Source of the DNA: a virus
Taxonomy: Duplodnaviria; Caudoviricetes
Reading direction: 5' to 3' (one strand)
DNA length: 64,000 bases
IMG/VR virus record: IMGVR_UViG_3300021399_000115
Span: 1-64,000 of that record
Shown: in pieces, positions 22,786 through 34,833 of the stretch
Layout: each line of letters begins with the position of its first letter
How positions within the stretch are numbered: the stretch's first letter is position 1
Translations under genes and position numbers: made by a program
The notes under the pieces: model-generated
The model's input: the letters and a program-made list of their open reading frames with translations, nothing else
What the model was told of the DNA's origin: nothing
The model's database searches: none

Positions 22786-23649
22786 TTACCAGCTAATACC
22801 TTCGCCATTGGCTGTAGCAACATTCTGTGTATCGTTATTAGTGATAATATTGATAATCGTGTCGGCAATATTATCCATGTTGGCTTCATGATAATTATCT
22901 CCGAGAAACTCCCAGGACTTTTTAATTCCATCAATGTCCCAATCTCTCCCATGGTTAACCTGGATATGATAGATGTTGAATTTCTGAGAAGCTTCATCGT
23001 AAAGATTTTTTGTTTCAACGTCGCCTTCGAGAGTGTCACCGGTTAACTTCTGGAGTTTTACCATTGGCAAATATGGATTACATCGCTCATCTCCGATTGT
23101 GATAATGATTCCTTTTTCGCCACGCTTCCAGCAATCAAGGTCGCAGTGTCGAGATCCCATATACCATGCGGCGGTATACGATTCGCTATAGTTTCCGCCA
23201 CCGCCGAATTCGAACCAGACTTTATCAAGCTGCTCCGCAATACGGATATCCGATTCAAACTGTGAAATCTGAATTGGTGACCTATCACAATAAAGATCGC
23301 CAATTCCCATAATACAAAATTCAACATCTGTGATTTTATCATACAGATTCGTCATGATAGTATTGAGTTTCTTAGCTACTTCAACTGCTGCTTGGCCCAT
23401 ACTTCCTGTAACGTCCGTACATAGCAACACGGGCAACGTATTCGGATGTTCTTCCGAATCTCGACATTCTCTAATTACATTCATAGGGTCAAGTTCAGGT
23501 TCGATGCGTGTATTTTTAAACATATCTTGATTTGTTGCCGTGGTTACAACATTACCTAAAGAATCCAATGTTGCGGAATACCCACGCGAAACAGCACTGG
23601 TTGTTACATAGTTAGCAAATGTACTTGTACTCCAACTTCCGGAACCCAT
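22786..23649 (-). CDS. vWA-domain protein
   Basis: MIDAS-like DVTGSM, GIGD, QFESD, GGGGNYSESY and ITIGDE. Confidence 0.85.
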   Translation of the reverse strand: MGSGSWSTSTFANYVTTSAVSRGYSATLDSLGNVVTTATNQDMFKNTRIEPELDPMNVIRECRDSEEHPNTLPVLLCTDVTGSMGQAAVEVAKKLNTIMTNLYDKITDVEFCIMGIGDLYCDRSPIQISQFESDIRIAEQLDKVWFEFGGGGNYSESYTAAWYMGSRHCDLDCWKRGEKGIIITIGDERCNPYLPMVKLQKLTGDTLEGDVETKNLYDEASQKFNIYHIQVNHGRDWDIDGIKKSWEFLGDNYHEANMDNIADTIINIITNNDTQNVATANGEGISW

Positions 23650-24263
23650 TACTCCTCATCCTCACTTTCTTCTTCAGCATCATCTACATCAATATTAAAA
23701 TCGAACATGCCGTCAAACATATTTTCAAAACCGCCATTACCCATCATCATGAGCGGGAGCAGATTCCCCATTCCAGATGATCCAGATCCAGATCCAGATC
23801 CAGATCCGCCTTTCATCATTTCTGACATCATCATATATTTGAAGATATTATTCATGCCGCCTTTTTTGCCATTCTTAAAGCTATCGCCGAACATGCTGAC
23901 AATTTTACCGTAGAAATATACGGAGCCCATAAACACATGTCGTTCCGGCAGGATAGTGTCAATCGTGCTGTCCTCATAGTTAATAACAGTGATTTTATTA
24001 TCTTCTACTCCAATTACGCATTTCGGCTTGCCATTAACCAGAATGATATCGCCTTTATGAACTTTATTCGTTGGGATTAAGAAAAAGAAATCTTCTCCGA
24101 TGTCGAAGACGAAGTTGCTGCAATTAACAAGTCGTCCCGTTTTCATGTTGTAAGTTTTATAACCATTACTCGTCTTAACGGCAATATCCCCATTCATACC
24201 AAGTCTGCACATTCCAGGTGCAATTTTTCCAAACATATTGTTCATAAAATTAGTAGCGTTCAT
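23649..24263 (-). CDS. Hypothetical protein of the PurA/vWA module with Gly/Met-rich tail
   Basis: ORF track; translationally coupled to vWA; contains a (GATCCA)n repeat at 23779-23808 encoding GSGSGS. Confidence 0.6.
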   Translation of the reverse strand: MNATNFMNNMFGKIAPGMCRLGMNGDIAVKTSNGYKTYNMKTGRLVNCSNFVFDIGEDFFFLIPTNKVHKGDIILVNGKPKCVIGVEDNKITVINYEDSTIDTILPERHVFMGSVYFYGKIVSMFGDSFKNGKKGGMNNIFKYMMMSEMMKGGSGSGSGSGSSGMGNLLPLMMMGNGGFENMFDGMFDFNIDVDDAEEESEDEE

Positions 24264-26752
24264 ATTTATTTCCTCCTTTTATAACAGATCTATAAATCGT
24301 TTTAATATTTTTAGAGCATCAAGGCCAGATTCTTCAGACGGCTGAAATCCATCCCAGGAATCTTGTAATAACCAAAATTCATTATCGTCAATCAACACAC
24401 CGTAGTCCTCAAAGTCCATTCCGACATTGCTAACCACTACTTCAGGTTCATCATATATCGCATACATGCCACTCTCTGCATCATCAAACGGAACAAGAAC
24501 TAAATCATTTTTCCAAACACACAATATTTTTCTATCATCCATAATATCGTACCTCCATGAAAGAATCGTTTTACTCTATTTGTTCCCACTCATCATCTGT
24601 CATTCTAAATTTATTCCCATCAAAAAATATTTCAGTAGAATAAAATTTCCTAGTAGCTTTGTCATAAATAACAGTTTTACATTCATCAACAATTTCGTTA
24701 ATAATATTCTGAGCAGTTATTCTGCAAATATCACCGGATGAATATCCATTAATCTTTGGCGGGACACGATTGCAATTTGAGCAAATTCCAATACCGCTGG
24801 CATTACAGATCTCCATTTTCTACCTCATTAATATTTTCTGCGATCAAAGAATCCTCTCATTAAAATTCAAGCATAGACTCATGTTGTCTATAGTACTCGA
24901 TATTAAATTTATTACAATTTCGTTTAATATTTACTTCATATCCATTCGCTAGAAGAATAGAAACAAAGTCAGATACGCATCCCTCGCTGTAACTTCTATT
25001 CCCCATTATGATATTAGCCTCGCCACATTTTTCTCGATCATAAATCGTAGGTGCATCATTAATCATTTTGGCTATCAATTCTCTTGAATTAAGATTATCT
25101 CGCCACACATGTTCCATTAGTTCGTTGGCATCAATCAGTCTCATTCTATTATTATTAACCATTATCATCTTTCCTTAGCCCCATCGGCAAAATACTTTGC
25201 GTTATATTATCTATACATAATTTTCGATCGGTAAATTCCCAAGTTTTTTCTACTGTATTAAAATCACAAGAGTGCTGAAGTGTCTTACCGCTGTCCATTA
25301 AAATACAATACCAATTCAATTCCGTATCTATATATGTAACTACCCCATATATATTTGAATTTTTTAAATGAATTACGTCTCCAACTTGAAAAGTTGTTGC
25401 GGGACATTTGTTTTCCAAATAATCTTTTATGGCTTCGTTATCTATATATCCGCCTGGATCATGCCAGTTTGCAAAATCTTCTAACCATTTATACAATCCA
25501 GCATCAGAAGTATTGATTACTCTTCTAAGTTTTTCTATATTTGTCATTTAAACCTCTCTAGAATTCAATTATTAAAAAATCCGTTTATTGATTATTTTTT
25601 TAATCTATTCCATTCTTCATAATTTAAGAATCTATTATATAAAAACTCTTCAATCTCTTTCTGAGTTTCTTCGTCTGGAATACTTCCTCCATGATAATAG
25701 TATTTAAAATCATGATATCCATATCTTTCAACTATCATATCATAGGATTGATTTTTATAAAAAAGAATTATATATACCGGATCGTTTTCAAGATAAATAC
25801 TTTCTATATTCATTATCTCTATATTGCTCATTATCAAATAACCCTTTCATTCCCATTCAACAGATCTTTTTACGACAATCTTTGGTTCACGATTACCCCA
25901 GTCAAAATATGCTCCGCACTTATCACATGAAGTTTCTTGTTTATATCCCATGATCCAATTATTGCAAACTGGACATCTGTACTCTATGTAATATCTCATA
26001 TCTCTTCCATCGCATCCATAATCCACTTTAACTCTTGCATTTGGTCTTCTCTTTACTATATCATTCATATAACGCCCTTTCATTGTACTTTTAACCACCG
26101 ACACGATGTACATGTAACTGGATGATCTTCGTCTAAATTGCAGTTTTTACGGTCTTTTTTACAGATATATCTGCCGGTCTCTTCAATAAATGGCGGATAA
26201 GGCTCCCATTCTGAATAATCGCAATCTTTTTTAGTTTTAGGCAGTTCATCTACAATATATTTCATACTTTGTCCTTTCGTTCCATATCATCTCTTATTAT
26301 CGGGCATTTACCCTGAAATAATCCAATACACCGTTCGTCAACTTGTGGCTCAAAATAACACCATAATGTGTTGTCATTTGGATCTTCTTCCAGAAACGGA
26401 CAATCTAAACGATTTTTAGGCATTTCAAGATCTAATTTAATCATCGTTGCCACCTTTCATTCTGCTTCGACAATCGTAGGCGCATCATAAATCTCTTTTG
26501 TATCCACATATCCATAAGCACCATCTTTAAGTGATTCCGCAGCTAGAACATCTGCATCAATCAATCTGCCGTGATGTTCCGGGAGTTCTACGAGTGGACA
26601 ATCATAAAGCCTTTCATCGTCACAATCGAAATCCACTAGAACCATTGTATCACTCCACCATCTTGTCCCCGTGACAGAACATGCCATCTGTTCAAGGTTC
26701 AATTGGCAATCAGAACACGACTTTGGCATTTCCATACCTTTAACCACTATAC

Positions 26753-27151
26753 TCATCCGATAACCTCCATCATCTCTGTCATTAAAGCCCACGTTGCAAA
26801 AATCTGGCATACATGAATTATTTGATCAACTACCAAACTGCAATTCTGCACATTGGCTTTTAAATGATCCACCCATCCGTGGATAATCCAATTAATAACA
26901 AATGCTATACTCCATGGAATTATCAATATATTATTGTTAACCGCCATCATCACAGTTATTGGCAGCATAATCATAAACGTCCAGCTAAATGCATGTTCAA
27001 TCAACGCAACCTTGTAATCGTTTTTATAAAGCGGATCTGGCGCATTTTTTTCCCACCAGGATTTCTGCTTCATTTGTGCCAGGATTCCTTGAAGATAATA
27101 GTCATCTACAATATGGAGGAATACCATGGCGTATAGTAAAATGGTTCTCAT
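26753..27151 (-). CDS. DUF3307-like membrane protein
   Basis: HIVDDYYLQ, L.EH, IHGWVDHLK and DQIIH motifs. Confidence 0.75.
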   Translation of the reverse strand: MRTILLYAMVFLHIVDDYYLQGILAQMKQKSWWEKNAPDPLYKNDYKVALIEHAFSWTFMIMLPITVMMAVNNNILIIPWSIAFVINWIIHGWVDHLKANVQNCSLVVDQIIHVCQIFATWALMTEMMEVIG

Positions 27152-28014
27152 AAAACAATCCCTTTCTTCCTTCTAAAAGATGTTTTAACATCAAATCCAT
27201 GGCTTTCAATTTTATCAATATCAGTATTACCAATTGGTTCTCGCCTCTCGGAAGAACTTTTTTCTAAAGAAAAATATTCCTCGAATGCTAGATATACATC
27301 AAGCGGATTAATCCATTCAGCAATCCCACATGCTTTCAATAGCGGAATATGTTTCTCGATTTTTCTGTTCGAATCATTACCAGGATAAATAAAAAATCTA
27401 TTTATACTCCTCCAAATTTGATAGTTATTAGTATCGATTGCCTGAATTTGTGAATCAATCATTTTCTCCGGATCTTTAAGTTTATAATATCCGGGAATAA
27501 ATCCAAAGTATATAACGTCTAAACTGATCAGCTTCCTAGCCTTATCGTAGTTTTTCCATGATCTTAGCAATTCTATATTATAATCAGATGGGCGATAATC
27601 ATCGAACTTGATTATATCTACGCCAAATAACCAAAAGGAATTACAGATTTGAAGTAATAGATAGTTTTTATTGCTATAATTAGCAAATCGCCAGCTATTA
27701 ACTTTTAAACTCTCACAAAGAAGTTTCTTAGTTAGTAAAAATGAATCTCTCCGATCAAACACCAAAGAATTATCTCGGTATATGTTCTGAAGGTAATCAT
27801 AGTAATCTGTATTTGTATCTATTATTCGCATATCAGTCCTCTACTCCAATACATAGACCCAACAAAAGTAGCAGAATAAGACCCATCTTGTTTGACATTC
27901 ACCACATATGTACCAACATAATGTGCATCAAAGTTTATTGAAGCGATTGGTTCCGGAATGTCAATTTCTATATTATCGCCAAGACCAACCACTTTAACAT
28001 CACCGTTAATATAT

Positions 28015-28449
28015 TCAGCCATTACTCTCCTTATGCTCCGAATTCTTAATTGCGTTATTAATAAAATAATTTGCCCACTGTTTATAGCCATCCTCATAAC
28101 TTCCGGCTCCTGCAAGTGCATTAAGCTCTTCTATGGAATAATCCATTAATTCTGCCGGTGGATTACGTTGAAGATATTTGCAAGCGTTGAGAAAAGCTTG
28201 GTTGATTATTTCAAATTTGATCTCTCGTGCTTCTTCTATGGGGGTTGACACCCTCTTGTTCCATATGGGAACGACATTATTAATTGCCTCTTCATCCGAG
28301 CGATATACAGTATCATTTTTCTTATAATCCAACTCACATCCACAGTTAGCACATCGAATTGAATATGAATAACATCCGCCATATCCACGGATAGGCTCCT
28401 TCTTTAATTCAACAGTACTGCCACAAAATGGGCAACATTTTAATTCCAT
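28015..28449 (-). CDS. Lar-like (restriction alleviation) zinc-ribbon protein
   Basis: MELKCCPFCG...CANC...WNKRV; start placed at ATG 28449. Confidence 0.6.
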   Translation of the reverse strand: MELKCCPFCGSTVELKKEPIRGYGGCYSYSIRCANCGCELDYKKNDTVYRSDEEAINNVVPIWNKRVSTPIEEAREIKFEIINQAFLNACKYLQRNPPAELMDYSIEELNALAGAGSYEDGYKQWANYFINNAIKNSEHKESNG

Positions 28450-29075
28450 GATTTCACTTCTCCAATCTCGGGCACCAGTCCGGACGATGTTTTCGATATA
28501 GTTTAATCGGTTCGTAATCCTTAGCTGCGCAATATCCTTCATCGGACATCTCGTTATAATCATAAAGTTCGCATTGACTGCAAACAGGTTTGGCGAGTGC
28601 CGTGGACATTTGCGCAAAAGTTTTAAGACGTACGAGTATTGATTTTATTTCTTCATCACTATAGTTATTCATTACGCATCCCCACCGATTTAGCACGTAA
28701 GCTGCATCGATTCTTCGCCTGGGCTAAGTCTAAGCCCACTAGTAGTCGGCGACGATGTCCACCAAAGTGATGTATTAGAATCATATCCATCTCGCCACAC
28801 TTCGTTGAGCAGCTTCTCAAGTTCATCTTTGGTAAATTCAATTTTACCATTGCTATTTGTCGTAAATACTTTAACCATAATTCTCTCCTTCTCAGAATTC
28901 AAATATCTTATCTCCGATATATTCTGACCTCAACATATCAAGCTGAATTCTTTTGTCGTCTTCTCTAACACTCTTACATGTGCTCTCTAGCAACCAGAAT
29001 GCTGCATATGCTTCGGCAAAATTCTCGAGCCAATCGGCAAACTCTTCCTCTGTCATCTGGCGAATTCTATCAAAA

Positions 29076-29387
29076 TTAGTCATTAGTATTTAACTCCATC
29101 ATATACATCGTAGGCTTCACTATTTTGAACCCGCATTTCTCATAAACATGAATTGCCTGATCATTGTCGGCATTGACCCATAAGTTATTACAACCGTACT
29201 TCTCACAAAGCAATTTAACTACTTGCTGTCCGTAGCCGTGATTTTGATATGGCGGAAAAATACTTAGTCTGGATAACATTTTATTTTTAAGGTCAACTTC
29301 TGCTTCACCGATTTTTCTATCATCATCAAATAATTCAATTTCTTGATATAACTCAGCTTCTTTAATCTTCAACATGTATGCATCCAT
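29076..29387 (-). CDS. GNAT acetyltransferase
   Basis: YQNHGYG and NDQAIHVYEKCGF motifs. Confidence 0.85.
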   Translation of the reverse strand: MDAYMLKIKEAELYQEIELFDDDRKIGEAEVDLKNKMLSRLSIFPPYQNHGYGQQVVKLLCEKYGCNNLWVNADNDQAIHVYEKCGFKIVKPTMYMMELNTND

Positions 29388-30350
29388 CCTTTGTTATTAC
29401 TATTTTGGGACAACAGTTATTCTTTTTTATCTCCTCTATTGTCTCCTTGAGATTTTGTATACATTCCGGGCAGCAATCATATTTAAAATGCCATTCACAC
29501 TTTAATTTTCCCCATTTAGGAGGCAAATCTAATGATTGATCGATTCTTTCTTCTTTGCCACAGATATCGCATATAACTTGTTTATAAGATATGTTCTTAG
29601 TCACGATTTTCACTCCTTATTGCATTTGCTTGCTCGCTAGTAATCGGATATATAGTTTTTAATGTACTACCAGACATTCCATCATCGTCCCATCTTATCC
29701 TTACGCCATCACAATTATAATAAAGATTCTCCGTAATCTGTTCGTCTCGAAGGTATATAATATATGGCTTAGCATGATTATTTCTCACTATCTTCATCGT
29801 AATCCTCGATTTCTTCTACTGAATAATACCAACTGCCACCACTAATCGCTGCATCACTTGCAACTATGAATGCTTCTTCTTTGGAATCCGCAATGATATC
29901 ATCGTACTCTTCTTCAAGCCTAACCCAGACTTTATACCGTTTCATAATATCTTACCATCATTGATGTATGTCTTGACGGCATCCATATATTCATTGCGAT
30001 AGTTATTAATGTCTGATTGCCAGGATTTTATCAACTCTGCTCGTTTTTTATCCATAGTCGATTCAAGTGCCAATTTATCGTCTTTTTTCTTCAGTCGGGT
30101 CAATCTTAATTGATCGAAATACGTTTTCATATAAATGTGAGTATCACCATAGCGTAAATAACAATAATCCCAACCGTCCATAATTTTCCACTTTTTCGGA
30201 GCCATCGATGCCAGTTTAATAAATTCATCATAAGTAATTTTTTGATCATCCTTTTCAAGATAAAAGAAATGATAATATACTAACATCATGGAATAGATAG
30301 TTATTCCCAGTACTATCAACATTATTATAACAAACATAAGTATCTCCTAA

Positions 30351-30522
30351 TTCTGCGGATGTGGATTTGCACCACATATAGCGCCATTGCAATACAACTC
30401 GTCATTGGTCGTTCTGAGTATGCACCTTATGTATAAGCGTCTACAAATGAAGAGCGTTCTGCCACTCCTTTACCATCCGCCCTGTTGCCCAGATTGTGGA
30501 TGTCTATTCCGCCACCGCAGAA
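30351..30522 (-). ncRNA. Second tRNA-like scaffold RNA with inserts in the D-loop and anticodon region
   Basis: TTCTGCGG TG GCGGAATAG [insert] GTAGACGC [insert] ATGTGG TGCAAAT CCACAT CCGCAGAA; ends homologous to 14891-15072. Confidence 0.7.
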
Positions 30523-31770
30523 ACTCATTATTCATAATCCGGAGTTTTCCCATCTATAAAAGCTTTGCAAATTCTCAATCCGTTCCTAAGCCCAACGTGA
30601 TAATTATCATTCTCCCCATATTCCAATCCCAATTCTACATTGATTGACCGCAGCAACTCTTCTTTATATTCTTCAACGTCCATTTCTGGCATTGCGTCTT
30701 TTTCGTTATGCATAATCATGTCTCCTATCAACTAACTGAATTGGGTATTCTGATATTTTTCTCCCGTCATGATACATACTAATCCTGACTTCGTTACCGC
30801 TGCCAATCGCTTTAACTATTCCCTGGCGAAACCACTCGGGTTTTATTGTGTCGATGTACATTATTAGCTTGTTGCTTCTCAGGCGTTTCTTCTCATGTTC
30901 TTTTCGGCATTCTTCTTTCTGCTCATTATGAATGCGAAGCAACTCTCGCAGATCGGGGGCAGAATTATTTTTATCAAGCATATATATCTCCAATCAAAAT
31001 TTTGTTTCATTTGTTATTAACTATAATAATTTTCTTATTATCTGGGTCTAGACTATCTGATTCTTCAGCAATAATATTTCCGAAGTTTTTGATTTCTCGC
31101 TGACCGTACTCACATATAATTTGTGAGGAGCCTAAATCACAATGAATACTAATCATATCAAAACAACTTTCAATGACATCATCGAACTCTCGAGGTTTTA
31201 TTTGGTGACCGGAAACATATAACATTCGATCTGTATTATTACATATAAGCATAATTAATCCTCCGCTTCTCCCAATACTGCTCTGCCGACATACTCAAAC
31301 TCAACATCAGGTTCGCTAGACCATATATACGCAGTACCTTGCTGCGGAATCGGCACTCCAATCAAATAGGAAATATCGCCATCTTGTTCTCGTACATCGG
31401 ATATAATACCGAGTGAAGCCATCCACTTATGATTTTCCGTAAACTGGACTACGTCATTTTTTCTATATTTTGTCATAATTAATCTCCTCATCTAATATGG
31501 CTATGGACCACAAGCCAGCATCATGGTTATAACCAATTCTCATTTTAAAACCGGCTTTTTCTATTTCTTTCATTAGTTCATTGCATCCGTTCTCAGAGTT
31601 ATCCGCAGGATATATTTTCATGCCTGGTTCAACCGCAACAACTCTGATCGACAGTGGTCTACGCGGTGGCCTATAAAATAATTCTACATCTTTCAATTCG
31701 TATATATCGTCATCTTTTGATATACTGCAAGGGAGATAGCCGGGAATTTTAGTTCTCATCATTTTCCTCA

Positions 31771-31849
31771 TTTAATAATTAATTGTTTTCTACATGTCTA
31801 AGAATATCACAGTTTATATATAATGTCAACACATATTTAATAATTAATT
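31771..31849 (-). promoter_or_regulatory. Sigma-A promoter flanked by two AATTAATTATTAAA boxes
   Basis: TTGACA (31829-31824), 17 bp, TG-extended TATTCT (31806-31801). Confidence 0.8.
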
Positions 31850-31853
31850 ATTA

Positions 31854-32357
31854 TCAATTATATTCCTCGGTATATTCACCGCGCAATATCATAATAGCTT
31901 TGAGAGCATCAAGATCCGTGAGTCCAACATTATAATCAGTAATTACCAGATGACCGGCGAACTCCGGGCGAGAAAAATCCTCAAACATAATATCATCCAA
32001 CACCACCCATGAAGTAACTTGCGGATGTCGCCCGAGCCAAGCAAGTATCTCTTGTCCGCGACGTCGCCAGTCAATATCCGGGGTTTTACCATAAATACGA
32101 ATACCGCCCTTGTACCATAACTTGTTCTCTAGGTACTTATAATCACGATTTTCTGGTTCACATAGTCTCCAATCGCTACTGAGAACAACTTTGGCATCTG
32201 TAAGATTAATAATCGTTCTCAGTAGTTTAATCTTGGAATCCATAACACCCAATGCTCCGCTCGGTGCAAGTGCTTTAGCAGAATCGCAATTTAGAACGCC
32301 GTCAACGTCTAAGAATATAATGCTGGTAGCTACCTCATTACTCATCATATTAATCAC
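31854..32357 (-). CDS. HAD-family phosphatase (Swiss-army-knife RNA-repair type)
   Basis: FLDVDGVLN, VLSSDWR and VVLDD. Confidence 0.8.
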   Translation of the reverse strand: MINMMSNEVATSIIFLDVDGVLNCDSAKALAPSGALGVMDSKIKLLRTIINLTDAKVVLSSDWRLCEPENRDYKYLENKLWYKGGIRIYGKTPDIDWRRRGQEILAWLGRHPQVTSWVVLDDIMFEDFSRPEFAGHLVITDYNVGLTDLDALKAIMILRGEYTEEYN

Positions 32358-33038
32358 TCTCTCTCCAATCTAGCGTCTGACCGCATTTAGGACAGCATTC
32401 AAACTTGTACAGCATATACGCACCGCAGTTAGGACACAGAGGTTCATTATGATACCACGATGGGTCGGTGGGTTTGGTAGGGATTATCTTCTTTAAAGCC
32501 TCATCGTCAAAAGAAAATCCCCTCGGATACCCCGGGATACCCTTCTGGTTAATTTCGCCGTAGTTGAATGCACCGGTATCATTAAATTCGAAATACAAAT
32601 CCTGTTTAGTAGCTTCGTTAATAATTATTTCAAGATAGTGATCTTTTTGTAATTCACTATATTGTTCTTCAGTCAGCACTATCTTCATTAGATTCCTCCT
32701 GGACGAATTTAACATCATATCGACTACTCGCTTCCATCACGCTCGCCATAGAATGATTATTTAAATCATCCATGAACTTCTGAGTAAGACCGTTAACCTT
32801 ATAAGCAAACTGCGAACCAAAATATACATGCGCACAATCAGCTTCTTTCTTCGGAATAAGCACATATGTGGTAGCTTCCGTCATCGCAGAACCGCCGACT
32901 CCCGGGAATCCCAGTGCGGTACTTCCCCAAATCTGTTCAAACATGTAAATTGTAAAATCAGTACTATATACCTTTTCTCGTCTAAGAAGGTCGTCCTGGA
33001 TTAACATTAATTCCATTGCGGTTGTTAAAACTTTCATA

Positions 33039-33593
33039 TTATTTTTCCTCCATATTTTTTTCAGTAGCATTATCAATAGTTATACGATGGATATCTTGAA
33101 CGTAAGATAACAAACCATCCTTAATTAATTTACCGAGATTTACTGGATCATAATTAATAACATTGGCAGCTACATTCAGATGGCGACCATCAGTAAGACC
33201 GCTGTCATTGTGATTATGCCCATGTATATTGAACGCCCAGGGTACATCCACCGGTTCATGAGACAAAATCAGCTTGCGACTGATTATCAACGGTCCCTCA
33301 TAAATCTCATCAAAATACGGTTTAAATCGACTAGCTGATTCATCATGGTTCCCCATAATCAGAACTTTGTATCCTCGGATTAATTTAAAATATTCCGGAT
33401 TACCGACGTCCCCCAAATGAATGAGAGTATCGGGCTTATGAACAGTACATTTAATAACATCAACATGGTCTTGTGTAGATATTGTATATCCCATAAGTTC
33501 CCGATCCGGATCGTCAAAATGTGTATCTGAAACAATGTATACCGAGCCAAACTCTGACCATTGCTCAGCGAATTTATATAATCCTCTAATCAT
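33039..33593 (-). CDS. Calcineurin-like metallophosphoesterase
   Basis: SDTH, HLGD, GNHD, SHEP and HGHNH. Confidence 0.9.
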   Translation of the reverse strand: MIRGLYKFAEQWSEFGSVYIVSDTHFDDPDRELMGYTISTQDHVDVIKCTVHKPDTLIHLGDVGNPEYFKLIRGYKVLIMGNHDESASRFKPYFDEIYEGPLIISRKLILSHEPVDVPWAFNIHGHNHNDSGLTDGRHLNVAANVINYDPVNLGKLIKDGLLSYVQDIHRITIDNATEKNMEEK

Positions 33594-33606
33594 AATTTCT
33601 CCTTGG

Positions 33607-33775
33607 TTCGGCGGGTGTGCAGTCAGAGCGGTTTATCCCACTCCTCAATCACACGCATCCTCTTCCGGGTTGCAACGATAGTTCTGGGGAACTTCCCCGA
33701 TGGTGTCTCTCCCCTGTGTCCCTTTCCCGAGGCTAACATTGTCTTCTCGACTTTGAGTGCTTGTCTACCGCCGGA
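33607..33775 (-). ncRNA. GC-rich putative structured ncRNA
   Basis: Intergenic; closing stem CGGCGG/CCGCCG; hairpins GGGGA-AGT-TCCCC and GAGTGG-GATAAA-CCGCTC. Confidence 0.55.
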
Positions 33776-34434
33776 AATTATCTATTATTATTCTTCGTAA
33801 GCCGACTTCTTAATAAATACTTTAACCACCGACCCGTCAAATGGCCCATCGCCTTCGAAATAATCACTGGTTACTCCCGTTACGTCCCACTCCGCATACT
33901 GAACAGGATAACTTTCAGCTTCAAATATACCGACATACTCACCGTCTTCAATGTCTAGTAGCGTAATTGCATTAGACAAAAGGACATTCTCGAATAAATC
34001 CTTAACTTTCATAATCTTCACAACAATTCCTCCTTACCACTGTCGCCCTTGCAGACAGGTCATGATATATTTTCCGAGTTTGCTACTTTGTGAGCAATAA
34101 AAATACTTCCTTTTGCCACATTCGGCACACATCTTGAGACCCTCTATAAACGGCGGATTATTATTTATCGGGCCATGAGTATAATGCCAACGGATTATGT
34201 GATACTCATGGTGACACATTAGTTGTTTAATAAATCGTTTAATTCTGTTTACCATTACCATATCTCCCCTCAGTGATTTTATTCAAGCGATCTGCTCCCA
34301 AATCTTTATCACCAATATCATAGTATTGAAGAATATATATTAATCCGCCCAACGTTCCGGCCCTTGTCCAGCCGTCAGTGCCATGGTTAATCTCTTCAAC
34401 ATATCTGTTGATATAATAATCAATCAATTCCCAA

Positions 34435-34833
34435 TCAATCGGCTTCGACATCATCGTCCTCCTCAATTACATAAACCTCAAGTCCATACTGATTAGCAAT
34501 GCTTACCATATTGCGAGTTCCGCGAGAACTTCCAATCGGAAAAGCAACTACAATACCTTCATCAGCCCGGGCAGCATATTTAGCTATCTGGTGATTACGG
34601 ATTGATTCGGCGAAATTATTATATGTTTTCCTGTCGGCTTCAAGCACTTTCAACGGATACCCATACTGATTGGCAAATTTTTCGCCTAGCATGTCCGCTC
34701 CTCTCGCATGACCGCTGATGATTTCGACATAATCGTTGTTAGCAATGGAATGGATGCCAATATTATCCATTACCCGGCAAAGTTTGGCATAATCATTAAA
34801 TTCTCGTGAACCACAAATAATAATTCTTACCAC
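34435..34833 (-). CDS. SLOG-family (DUF2493/YspA-like) protein
   Basis: RIIICGSREF, ISGHARGAD, RNHQI and SRGTRNM; GTG start at 34833 after GGAGG. Confidence 0.8.
   Translation of the reverse strand: MVRIIICGSREFNDYAKLCRVMDNIGIHSIANNDYVEIISGHARGADMLGEKFANQYGYPLKVLEADRKTYNNFAESIRNHQIAKYAARADEGIVVAFPIGSSRGTRNMVSIANQYGLEVYVIEEDDDVEAD

Noticed and set aside
23779-23808. (GATCCA)n tandem repeat as a contingency locus
   Set aside because: The unit is 6 bp and in frame, encoding a GS linker, so length changes would not switch expression.
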